DNA of 36,826 nucleotides from an uncultured Muribaculaceae bacterium (GCA_964626795.1 CAZVIQ010000004.1:1-36826), one strand, 5' to 3'. Counted from the first letter of the stretch, positions 9,090-17,476 are shown. Notes: generated from the letters alone by a model not told the origin. Numbers and translations: made by a program.

Positions 9090-9108
9090 AGTAAAACAGG
9101 TGAATGTA

Positions 9109-10980
9109 ATGTTAGTAAATAAAATTAAAGATCCAAAATTTTTAAAAAAATTAAATATTAGTTCTCTTGAAGAATTAAGTAAAAATATAAGGACTTATCT
9201 TATAGAGAATATTTCTAAAACAGGAGGGCATTTATCTTCTAATTTAGGTATAGTTGATTTAACAATCGCGATGCATAAAGTATTTGATTCTCCTAAAGAT
9301 AAATTTATCTTTGATGTAGGTCATCAATGCTATACTCATAAAATTCTTACTGGAAGAGTAAGTAATTTTGATACACTTCGTAAATACAAGGGACTTTCTG
9401 GCTTTCAGTCTATAAAAGAAAGTATTTATGATTCTTATGAAGCAGGTCATTCTTCTACATCTTTAAGTGCGGCTTTAGGTATGGCTATTTCTAGAGATAT
9501 GGATAATGAAAATTATAATGTTGTAGCAGTCATAGGAGATGGATCTATAGGTAATGGTATTGCATATGAAGCTTTAAATCACATTGGAGCAACTGATACA
9601 AAACTTATTGTCATATTAAATGATAATGAAATGAGTATAAGTAAAAATGTTGGAGGACTCCATAATACACTAGATAAGATAAGAAGTGATAAGTTTTATA
9701 AAAAAGCTAAGTTTAAAACTAAACATACTTTAAATAAAATTCCTTTTGGTAAAAATATTGGTAATGCAATTGATATAATTAAAGAATCAATGAAGAAACT
9801 TTATTTAAAAGAAGGGTTTATATTTGAAGAACTTGGTTTAAAATATTATGGACCTATCAATGGGCATGATTATGAAGAGATGATTTCTTATTTAAATATT
9901 GCTAAAAAAGAAAAAAAACCTGTACTTTTACATGTAATTACTGAAAAAGGTAAAGGATATAAATATGCTGAGAATGATAAAACAGGTGTCTGGCACGGAG
10001 TATCACCTTTCAATATAGAAAGCGGAGAGTTTCTAAAACAAAATCCCTCTCTTGTAAGTTGGAGTGAAGTAATAAGTAATAATCTTATAGAACTAGCAAA
10101 AACAGATAAAGATATAATCGCTATAACACCTGCAATGGCAAGTGGTTCAAAACTTAATAAATTTAAGGAACTATATCCAAAACAATTTATAGATGTTGGC
10201 ATTGCCGAAGAACATGCTTTAGTTTTAGCAAACAGCCTGGCTCTTAGTAATAAAAAACCCTTTGTTTCCATATATTCAACTTTTTTACAAAGAGGTTACG
10301 ATCAGTTAGTTCATGACATTGCGAGAATGAATTCAAGTGTCGTTATTGGAATAGACAGGTGTGGTATTTCCTGTGGTGATGGAATTTCTCATCAGGGAAT
10401 TTATGATATACCTATGATGTTAAGCATACCAAATATGATAATTATGCAGCCAAAAGATAGTAATGAAGCTTCTAAAATGTTATATACAGCCTTTGATTCA
10501 AAAAAGCCATGCGCAATCAGATATTCAAGAGAAAGTATTAAGTATGAAAAGCCTGTTTACGAAAAAATTACAATTGGTTCGTGGGAAATTTTATCTGAAG
10601 GAACAGATGGATATTTAATTTCATATGGTGATTTTTTGGAAAATTCTATTGATATAAAAAATAAATTAAAAAAAGAAAATATTAATCTAGAAGTTATAAA
10701 CGCTCGCTTTATAAAACCTATTGATAAAATAATGTGGAAAAAGATTACAAATAAAGATAAACCAATTTTTATATATGAAGAATCAACACTAATAGGATCA
10801 CTTGGAAGTTGTTTATCTTTAAAATCTACTAATAAAAATTTAAAAAGCAATATTTTTGTATTCGCTATTGAAGATAAGTTTGTAGAACATGGTGATAAAG
10901 ATAATTTATTAAAAGAACTTAAATTAGATAAAGATACTATTTACAAAAAGATAAAAACCATTTTGTTAAAAGAACTATAA
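9109..10980 (+). CDS. dxs: 1-deoxy-D-xylulose-5-phosphate synthase
   Basis: GGHLSSNLGIVDLTIA, DVGHQCYTHKILTGR, TPP-binding IGDGSIGNGIAYEALN...ILNDNEMSIS, GIAEEHA. The ATG at 9109 has AGGTG 6 nt upstream. The ORF track uses an in-frame GTG at 9100. Confidence 0.93.
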   Translation: MLVNKIKDPKFLKKLNISSLEELSKNIRTYLIENISKTGGHLSSNLGIVDLTIAMHKVFDSPKDKFIFDVGHQCYTHKILTGRVSNFDTLRKYKGLSGFQSIKESIYDSYEAGHSSTSLSAALGMAISRDMDNENYNVVAVIGDGSIGNGIAYEALNHIGATDTKLIVILNDNEMSISKNVGGLHNTLDKIRSDKFYKKAKFKTKHTLNKIPFGKNIGNAIDIIKESMKKLYLKEGFIFEELGLKYYGPINGHDYEEMISYLNIAKKEKKPVLLHVITEKGKGYKYAENDKTGVWHGVSPFNIESGEFLKQNPSLVSWSEVISNNLIELAKTDKDIIAITPAMASGSKLNKFKELYPKQFIDVGIAEEHALVLANSLALSNKKPFVSIYSTFLQRGYDQLVHDIARMNSSVVIGIDRCGISCGDGISHQGIYDIPMMLSIPNMIIMQPKDSNEASKMLYTAFDSKKPCAIRYSRESIKYEKPVYEKITIGSWEILSEGTDGYLISYGDFLENSIDIKNKLKKENINLEVINARFIKPIDKIMWKKITNKDKPIFIYEESTLIGSLGSCLSLKSTNKNLKSNIFVFAIEDKFVEHGDKDNLLKELKLDKDTIYKKIKTILLKEL

Positions 10981-12262
10981 TCGTCATTAAAGACGATTTT
11001 TTTAATATATCTATGAGATTTAGTTTAATAAAGTAATAAGTAATTTCCCAAAACCTTATTTTTTTTATATATTCTATTGAAACAAAGAGTTTTTTCTGCT
11101 TGAAATAATCTAACTCAACTAAAATTTTGTTGATTGTAAGATAAATTATAATTCCTAGAAAGTATATTAAATATAGTAAAAAAGATAAATCTAAAGTTTT
11201 CATGTATCCATGCATTAATAAAATTAATAATGTTAGTACATTAAATATATCTAAAGAACTAAAAATTTTTAACATTTTTTCACTTGAAGTTGAAAATATA
11301 TTAAACATCCAGTCTGTATTTAAAATAATACTATAATAATATTTACTTTCTTTCAATAATATTTTTTTGATAAATAGAATCAAGTTAAAAATAAAATATG
11401 AAATAAATAATAATATTGCAGTAATATAAATATTTAATTTAAATAAATTGAAATATAACTCTTTAAAAGCAAAAGATATTATAAAAATTTTTAAAAATAA
11501 GTTTATCATAACTACAGGTAATATTATAAATTTATTAATAAGGCTATCTTTTTTTGTATCAAAATATCTAATAGCTTGATATGAGACAAACTCACTCACG
11601 GAATTTATTTTTTTGTTAATTAATTCACAATTTTTTTCAAAATTTGTCTCTCTTAAATATTCATTAACTTCAACAGTTAATACATTTTCATTTGAATTCT
11701 TTACAATATTTTTATCTCCTTCTAATAATTTTAATAAAATATACTTTTTACTTTCTAAGCTAGGTAGTAATTCATATAAATTACTTATTTCTTTTTCAAC
11801 ATCATTATATAAAATAGAATAAGTACTTACATGCTCGTTACTTATTTGATTATAAAATAGTTCGTCATCAAATTCTTCTAAATTAATCTCAAAAACATTA
11901 ATGTCAAAATATCTTTGTAATAAATTAATATTGATCAATACTCTTCTATCTTTAATTAAACACAGAACAATATTTTTATTAATTTCAAGTAATTGTAATA
12001 TAAAATTTAGACTTTTTTCAAAATAAAATGAATTAATAACTATCAATATTAAATTTTCTTGATTAAATAATAATTCACAATTATCTATAGCTGAATTAAA
12101 ATTATTAAAACCCACAATTTTAGTGTTGACATCATATTTACTTCTACCATATATATATTTATTATTTTTATTTAATATAAAATTTTTAACCAGTTTATTT
12201 AATAAGTATGTATTTAAATATTCTGAATTAGAACATATAAAAACTTTTTTTTCAGTTTTCAA
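10937..12262 (-). CDS. FeoB-like membrane protein with a degenerate (P-loop-less) G-domain
   Basis: TTG start with GAGGTGA 6 nt upstream; 11-nt overlap with feoA. The N-terminal 150 aa align to the FeoB G-domain (LILIVINSFYFEKSLNFILQLLEINKNIVLCLIKD versus FeoB ...VVDATNLERNLYLTLQLLE...ALNMMD). G1, G3 and G4 are not conserved. The C-terminal half is multi-pass hydrophobic. Confidence 0.6.
   Translation of the reverse strand: MKTEKKVFICSNSEYLNTYLLNKLVKNFILNKNNKYIYGRSKYDVNTKIVGFNNFNSAIDNCELLFNQENLILIVINSFYFEKSLNFILQLLEINKNIVLCLIKDRRVLININLLQRYFDINVFEINLEEFDDELFYNQISNEHVSTYSILYNDVEKEISNLYELLPSLESKKYILLKLLEGDKNIVKNSNENVLTVEVNEYLRETNFEKNCELINKKINSVSEFVSYQAIRYFDTKKDSLINKFIILPVVMINLFLKIFIISFAFKELYFNLFKLNIYITAILLFISYFIFNLILFIKKILLKESKYYYSIILNTDWMFNIFSTSSEKMLKIFSSLDIFNVLTLLILLMHGYMKTLDLSFLLYLIYFLGIIIYLTINKILVELDYFKQKKLFVSIEYIKKIRFWEITYYFIKLNLIDILKKSSLMTIIVLLTKWFLSFCK
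10979..11003 (+). terminator. Rho-independent terminator of dxs, embedded in the 3' end of the convergent ORF
   Basis: Stem aatcgtc/gacgatt (10979-10985 and 10992-10998) with loop attaaa, then a T-run to 11003. Confidence 0.7.
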
Positions 12263-12482
12263 ACTCAGTCACCTCTATATACTTGGCGTCTTCATTTCTT
12301 ATTATTATAAATACGTTTTTTATTTCATAAACCATTGGATCTTTAAATAAACTACTAAATACTTTTTTTACTTTTGTTCCAGGTACAAATCCTAGAAAAT
12401 AAAGTTGTTTTTTTGTTTCAGAGGGAGACAATACTTTTGACACTTTATATAAAGTATCACTTTTACATGTATATAAATTCAT
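12252..12482 (-). CDS. feoA: FeoA-domain protein (ferrous iron transport protein A family)
   Basis: 76 aa with YKVSKVLSPSETKKQLYFLGFVPGTKVKK...DPMVYEIKNVFIIIRNEDAKYIEV, which matches the FeoA SH3-like pattern. AAGGGAG RBS. Confidence 0.7.
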   Translation of the reverse strand: MNLYTCKSDTLYKVSKVLSPSETKKQLYFLGFVPGTKVKKVFSSLFKDPMVYEIKNVFIIIRNEDAKYIEVTEFEN

Positions 12483-12583
12483 TAAAAAACTCCCTTATAT
12501 TATAATATATGAGAGTTTAAAACTTAAGTTAATAAATATAATATACTAAATCTACACATTTTTTAAAAAAATAATGTGTATTT

Positions 12584-13123
12584 TTAATAATTATTGCATT
12601 TTACTTCCATAAAGCTTTCAGGATGTTTACAAACTGGACATAATTTTAATGCATCTTTTCCTTTATAAATGTGTCCACAATTTCTACAAATCCAGATTAC
12701 TTCTTCATCTTTATGAAATACTTTATTTTCTTTAATATTATCAAGTAAAGTCAAATATCTTTTTTCGTGATTTTTCTCTACATTTGCTACACCCTCAAAA
12801 AGTGTTGCAATTTCATTAAAGCCTTCTTCTCTTGCTTCTTCTGCAAATTCTTTATACATTTCAGACCATTCATAGTTTTCACCATTTGCTGCATCAACCA
12901 AGTTTCTTTCTGTATTTGGAATTTCTCCTTCATTAAGCGCTTTAAACCATAGTTTAGCGTGTTCTTTTTCATTTCCTGATGTTTCTTCAAATATAGCTGC
13001 GATTTGTTCATAGCCATCTTTCTTAGCTTTACTTGCATAATATTCATATTTTACTCTTGCCTGTGCTTCTCCCGCAAAAGCTGCTAATAAATTTTTTTCA
13101 GTTTTACTTCCTCTTAATTTCAT
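12584..13123 (-). CDS. rbr: Rubrerythrin
   Basis: Ferritin-like diiron domain ([41 protein letters not shown]) plus a C-terminal rubredoxin-like CRNCGH...CPVCKHP. GGAGG sits 5 nt before the ATG at 13123, so the track start at 13135 overlaps the RBS. Confidence 0.9.
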   Translation of the reverse strand: MKLRGSKTEKNLLAAFAGEAQARVKYEYYASKAKKDGYEQIAAIFEETSGNEKEHAKLWFKALNEGEIPNTERNLVDAANGENYEWSEMYKEFAEEAREEGFNEIATLFEGVANVEKNHEKRYLTLLDNIKENKVFHKDEEVIWICRNCGHIYKGKDALKLCPVCKHPESFMEVKCNNY

Positions 13124-13426
13124 ATAATCCTCCATATTAATTATAGCATGTATAATTATAATTGTGTACTATAGAACAAATATAAAATCTAAATTCTGAC
13201 ATGCTTCATCTACTATTGATATTATTGGATTACCGTTTAGTTCTATTGTTAAATCAGAACTGAAAAAGACAATAAAAGATCAATAATTTTATTATAGAAA
13301 AATCTATCTAATAATTTATTATTATATTTCTTCATATAAAAATCACTTATTCTATAAAGTGATCTTATTATTAAAACCCAATTATATTCAAGTACAATAT
13401 TTGTTTGATTTTTTTATTCATTTCTT

Positions 13427-13732
13427 TTATAGTTCTTTAACTTTTTGACTACTTTTATCATAAGTTGTTGTAATGTCTGTCTCGGCTGCTTTAGTTAGTT
13501 CATACCAACCATTTTTAAACATAAGTTCATAGGCTTCTCTTGCAAATCCCTTTGATGTTAAAAACAAGTCTAGAATTTCTTTATATAAATGTTCATTACT
13601 CATTTCATTTAAGCCTATACTGTAGTTATTACTCATGTTTTTTTCTGATGTTAATATATCCGTTAAATAGTTTTCATCATTCATTTCTTTTGTTTTTGGT
13701 ACTTCTACCATTTCATTTTTTACTTTGCTCAT
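13427..13732 (-). CDS. Coat F (CotF-like) domain spore coat protein
   Basis: NDENYLTDILTSEKNMSNNYSIGLNEMSNEHLYKEILDLFLTSKGFAREAYELMFKNGWY follows the CotF-family pattern. AGGAGA RBS. Confidence 0.6.
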   Translation of the reverse strand: MSKVKNEMVEVPKTKEMNDENYLTDILTSEKNMSNNYSIGLNEMSNEHLYKEILDLFLTSKGFAREAYELMFKNGWYELTKAAETDITTTYDKSSQKVKEL

Positions 13733-13739
13733 ATTTCTC

Positions 13740-13937
13740 CTATTCTAAAATAGTAAGTAATTTTTCATAATCTTTTAAATGAGTTTTACTTACTTTGTCA
13801 AAAAATTTTTTAATTTCCTTATCTTTTACCAAAGACTTAAATTCATTTACTTTTTTAATTAATGTATAGTTCCAATTAAGCATATCTTCTATGTATGCGA
13901 GATCTTTAGTTGATATTATATTTGGTGCTTCGTTCAT
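13740..13937 (-). CDS. Small helical protein co-transcribed with the CotF-like gene (probable spore coat associated)
   Basis: 65 aa with a GGAGG RBS; its stop is 7 nt before the CotF-like start. Function is inferred only from the pairing. Confidence 0.5.
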   Translation of the reverse strand: MNEAPNIISTKDLAYIEDMLNWNYTLIKKVNEFKSLVKDKEIKKFFDKVSKTHLKDYEKLLTILE

Positions 13938-14003
13938 ATTTTTTCCTCCATTATTATTATTTCTGTATACTAGTTTTTTATACCTAATAAAATTTTTAAA
14001 AAT

Positions 14004-14030
14004 TTAGCACTTGATATTGACAAGTGCTAA
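14004..14030 (+). promoter_or_regulatory. CIRCE operator (HrcA binding site)
   Basis: TTAGCACTT-N9-AAGTGCTAA compared with the consensus TTAGCACTC-N9-GAGTGCTAA. The single deviation is symmetric, so the palindrome is perfect. It overlaps the -35 of the hsp20 promoter. Confidence 0.85.
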
Positions 14031-14044
14031 AACTATAGTATAAT
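14017..14044 (+). promoter_or_regulatory. Sigma-A promoter of hsp20
   Basis: TTGACA (14017-14022), 16-nt spacer, TATAAT (14039-14044). Confidence 0.7.
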
Positions 14045-14069
14045 ATTAATTGGAAGGAGATGAAAAATT

Positions 14070-14462
14070 ATGAATTTATTACCAAGAAAGTTTTATCTTG
14101 ATGATTTTTTAGAAGATTTCTTTCCCGAAAATCATTCAAGGAATTATATGAAATGTGATATTTATGAAAAAGACGATAAATATCATATCTTAGTTGATAT
14201 TCCAGGTTTTGAGAAAGAAAACATCAAGATGGATTGCACTGATGGTTACTTAACAATTGAGGCTTCAAAAGTTGATGAAAAAAACGATGAAGATAAAAAC
14301 TACATCAGAAGAGAAAGAACTATTGGACAATTCAAACGTCAATTCTATGTTGGAAATGTAGATTCTTCTAATATTAAAGCTGAATTCAAACATGGTGTAT
14401 TGAAAATTGTTGTTCCTAAAAAAGGCGAGAATGAATCTAAGAATTTAATTGAAATAGAATAA
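14070..14462 (+). CDS. Hsp20 / alpha-crystallin family small heat-shock protein
   Basis: Alpha-crystallin domain: CDIYEKDDKYHILVDIPGFEKENIKM, RRERTIGQFKRQF, GVLKIVVPK. GGAAGGAG RBS. Confidence 0.9.
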   Translation: MNLLPRKFYLDDFLEDFFPENHSRNYMKCDIYEKDDKYHILVDIPGFEKENIKMDCTDGYLTIEASKVDEKNDEDKNYIRRERTIGQFKRQFYVGNVDSSNIKAEFKHGVLKIVVPKKGENESKNLIEIE

Positions 14463-14465
14463 TTT

Positions 14466-14487
14466 AAAAGAGCAAATTTGCTCTTTT
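14466..14487. terminator. Bidirectional terminator between hsp20 and the convergent antiporter gene
   Basis: A 22-nt perfect palindrome, aaaagagcaaatttgctctttt, with A/T runs on both sides. Confidence 0.65.
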
Positions 14488-15445
14488 ATTTTACAAAAAT
14501 ATAAGTGTAATAAACTAAAAAAACTAAAAACATAACTAGTCCTTCTCTTCGAGATAACATTCTGTCATTTCTTGCAAATATAAAGAACAATAAAGCTGAA
14601 ATTAAAACTGCAAATATATCTATTAAACTAAAACTTGACGAAACAACATCTCCATAAATCAAAATAGGAATACCAAGAACTACTCCAATATTAAAGATGT
14701 TTGTACCGATAATATTTCCTACTGCTATATCAAATTCTTTTTTCTTTGCAGATAAAATTGTCATTGATAGTTCTGGAAGTGAAGTACCAATTACAATAAC
14801 TGTCATAGTAATAATTTTCTGACTAATTCCTAAATGTTCAGCTATTAATGTTGCAAATTCTACAACTATATTACTACCTAGGATTATTCCACCAAGACAG
14901 AAAAAAGATAATAAAACTGAAGGCCAAAATTTATATTTTGGTTTTGCTTTATTTAAAAAGTTTCTACTTAGTTTAATTTGAGAAAGAATATAAAACATAA
15001 AGACTGCAAAAAGTAATAAGAATAATAATGCATTAGTTCTTGTTAAAATTACATCATCATTAAAATGAAGTATATTATCAGCCATTGAAAAAGAAAATAT
15101 TACTGTAATTGCTAATAAAAGAAGCGCTTCTTTTTTTATAATTCCTTCTTTAACCTTTATTGGATAAAACAAAGAAGAAAGTCCTAGTATAAGTAAAATG
15201 TTTACTATGGAACTTCCTAAAACATTAGAGACTGCAATATCTCCTGCCGCTATTCTTATGCTGTTAAATGAAATAGCCAGTTCAGGCGCACATGTTGCAA
15301 AAGCTGCAACAGTCATTGCAATGGCCATTTTAGACATATTAAAATTTATTGCTAAACTTGATACTGCATCTACAAATAAATCAGAAGCCTTTATAAGTAA
15401 TATAAAGCCTAATGTTAAAAGAAATAATTCAAAATAAATTAGCAT
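14486..15445 (-). CDS. CaCA-family cation/Ca2+ antiporter (YrbG-like)
   Basis: About 10 TM with two alpha-repeats, GSSIVNILLILG and GTNIFNIGVVLG. GAAGGTGA RBS. Confidence 0.8.
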   Translation of the reverse strand: MLIYFELFLLTLGFILLIKASDLFVDAVSSLAINFNMSKMAIAMTVAAFATCAPELAISFNSIRIAAGDIAVSNVLGSSIVNILLILGLSSLFYPIKVKEGIIKKEALLLLAITVIFSFSMADNILHFNDDVILTRTNALLFLLLFAVFMFYILSQIKLSRNFLNKAKPKYKFWPSVLLSFFCLGGIILGSNIVVEFATLIAEHLGISQKIITMTVIVIGTSLPELSMTILSAKKKEFDIAVGNIIGTNIFNIGVVLGIPILIYGDVVSSSFSLIDIFAVLISALLFFIFARNDRMLSRREGLVMFLVFLVYYTYIFVK

Positions 15446-15507
15446 AAATCACCTTCTCTATTTTACTTTTTAATCTTAACACAATTTTTATTTGCCTTCA
15501 ATAATTA

Positions 15508-15516
15508 TGTTATAAT
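15508..15516 (+). promoter_or_regulatory. Extended -10 element placed 6 nt before the methyltransferase ATG (leaderless geometry)
   Basis: TGtTATAAT (15508-15516), then gtatac, then the ATG at 15523. No Shine-Dalgarno sequence. Confidence 0.45.
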
Positions 15517-15522
15517 GTATAC

Positions 15523-16749
15523 ATGAAGAAACAAGTATTAATACAAAAATTTGATTATGAAGGAAACGGTATTGCTGTAATAGATGAAAAAGTGGTATTT
15601 GTTAATAATGCTATCCCTGGTGAACAAGTAGACATAATAATTAAAAACAAGGAGAAAAATTTTGATAAAGCTATTGTTGAAAATTATATAACTTTATCCG
15701 AAGATAGAATAGAAAATCCATGTAAATACATTTCCTGCGGAGGTTGTGATTTATTACATTTAAAATACGAAAGAGAACTTACTTTTAAAGAAGATAAAGT
15801 AAAAGATATTTTTTTAAGAAAATGTAATTTAACCTGTGTAAATAGAATTATTCCTTCTGTTGATATATTTAATTATAGAAATAAAGTTTCCTTTAAAACT
15901 AAAAACGGAAAACTTGCTTTTAATGTTAAAGAATCTAGCGAATTAATAGAAATTAATAAATGTCTTTTAGTTAATGAAAAAATTAATGAAATTATTAATG
16001 AACTAAATAACTATAATTTAAAAGATATTGAAGAAGTTATTATTAAGAATGCAAAAGAAGCCATGTTAATAATAAAGAGTGGAAAAAAGATAAACAATAA
16101 TTTAAAAAACATTAACGTTAATAATCTAGTAGTTATAAACAATAAAAATACATTTATTATAAAAGGTAATAAATATATAGAAGAAAATTTAGGGGATATT
16201 AAATATCTAATTCCAGCTAATTCATTTTTTCAGGTAAATAAACAACAAACTATAAATTTATATAATAACATTATAGAAATTGGAAACTTCAAGAAAAGTG
16301 ATACAGTATTAGATTTATACTGTGGTATCGGTTCAATCTCTTTATATATTGCAAATTATGTAAAAGAAGTAATTGGAGTTGAAATAAATAAAGAAGCTAT
16401 AGAATATGCAAATAAAAATAAAAAACTTAATAATATTACTAATGTAAAATTTTTATGTAAAAATGCAAATCAAGTAAGTATGGATTTTAAACCAGATATT
16501 GTTATTGTGGATCCTCCAAGAAATGGTCTTGATAAAAAAACTATAGAAATAATTAAAGCTTTTAATGTTAAAAAAATTATTTATATTTCTTGTAATCCAT
16601 TAACATTAGCAAGAGACATCAATTTATTTAAAGATCAATATGAAGTAAAAGAAATAACTCCTTTAGATATGTTTCCTAGAACACATCACATTGAGTGCAT
16701 ATCATTATTTAATCTAAAAGAAATAATTAAACAAAAAAGTGACAATTAA
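15523..16749 (+). CDS. 23S rRNA (uracil-5-)-methyltransferase, RumA/RlmCD family
   Basis: N-terminal TRAM-like segment, Fe-S cysteines CKYISCGGCDLLHL, SAM motif VLDLYCGIGSISL, VDPPRNG, catalytic YISCNP. Confidence 0.85.
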   Translation: MKKQVLIQKFDYEGNGIAVIDEKVVFVNNAIPGEQVDIIIKNKEKNFDKAIVENYITLSEDRIENPCKYISCGGCDLLHLKYERELTFKEDKVKDIFLRKCNLTCVNRIIPSVDIFNYRNKVSFKTKNGKLAFNVKESSELIEINKCLLVNEKINEIINELNNYNLKDIEEVIIKNAKEAMLIIKSGKKINNNLKNINVNNLVVINNKNTFIIKGNKYIEENLGDIKYLIPANSFFQVNKQQTINLYNNIIEIGNFKKSDTVLDLYCGIGSISLYIANYVKEVIGVEINKEAIEYANKNKKLNNITNVKFLCKNANQVSMDFKPDIVIVDPPRNGLDKKTIEIIKAFNVKKIIYISCNPLTLARDINLFKDQYEVKEITPLDMFPRTHHIECISLFNLKEIIKQKSDN

Positions 16750-17408
16750 TCACTAACATGACTTGAATCACAAAAAGGTTTTATAGATGATTTCCCACAT
16801 CTACAAAGTGCTACACGGTTTCTAGTTTCATATGTATTTCCGTTTTCATCTTCTATAGGTATTCCGCCTTTTACCCAAATTGATCCTTCACAATTTCTCA
16901 TCGGATCATTTATAATAGTTATACCTTTTTCAAGTGCTGGTTCTATATCTTCACCAGTTTTTTTATCCATAATTACAAGTCTTCCTGCTGGACATTCAGT
17001 AGAAAGCTTTACAGCAAGTTCTTCATCTTTTTTTGACATATCTTTGCTCATTAATTCCCATATATCCTCATATGGTGTATGACAAAAACGAGCAAAAGCA
17101 CATAACTTTTCGTTATCTTTTAATACTAAATTTTTATTATTATATATTTTTACATTTTCTTCAAATCTAAAGTTTGTATTTATAGTATTTCCTAAAAAAC
17201 CAATTTTTTCATGTTCTCCATCACAAAAAGGTTTAGTTTTAGATTTCCCGCACCTGCACAAGGAGTAACTTTTTTTTACTTCATAGTTTTTTATTTCTTT
17301 ATAATAATATCCTTCTTCATTTATAGCAATTTCTTTTTCATCTAACGGTATATTACCATTTACTAAATAAGGTCCGTTTTTTAAGATTTTAATTTTTTTA
17401 TCACACAT
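16746..17408 (-). CDS. Iron-sulfur protein with two CDGSH-type motifs flanking a Cys-rich central domain
   Basis: CRCGKSKTKPFCDGEH and CRCGKSSIKPFCDSSH, with central CAFARFCH...ECPAGR (similar to a divergent 4Fe-4S mono-cluster). AAGAGGT RBS. Its stop overlaps the stop of the convergent methyltransferase gene. Confidence 0.75.
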   Translation of the reverse strand: MCDKKIKILKNGPYLVNGNIPLDEKEIAINEEGYYYKEIKNYEVKKSYSLCRCGKSKTKPFCDGEHEKIGFLGNTINTNFRFEENVKIYNNKNLVLKDNEKLCAFARFCHTPYEDIWELMSKDMSKKDEELAVKLSTECPAGRLVIMDKKTGEDIEPALEKGITIINDPMRNCEGSIWVKGGIPIEDENGNTYETRNRVALCRCGKSSIKPFCDSSHVSD

Positions 17409-17476
17409 TATATTACCTCTTATTCAATTATACGTTTATATGTATTAAAAAACTAGTTTTTTTGATAAAAAAAGCA

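Noticed and set aside
9100-9108. GTG at 9100 as the dxs start, and similarly the alternative upstream starts 644, 6997, 13135, 25348 and 27044 given by the ORF track.
   Set aside because: In each case an ATG a few codons downstream has a well-spaced GGAGG/AGGTG-type RBS that the track start would overlap or precede.
13141-13175. TATAATTATAAT-like sequence upstream of rubrerythrin, considered as a PerR/Fur-type box.
   Set aside because: It matches only one half-site of the TTATAATnATTATAA 7-1-7 consensus, and in DNA this AT-rich it cannot be distinguished from overlapping -10 hexamers.
13201-13263. A 20-codon hydrophobic mini-ORF (MLHLLLILLDYRLVLLLNQN) in the rubrerythrin-CotF intergenic region, considered as a possible type I toxin.
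   Set aside because: It has no Shine-Dalgarno sequence, no recognisable promoter or antisense RNA features, and no charged C-terminal tail. An ORF this short is expected by chance.
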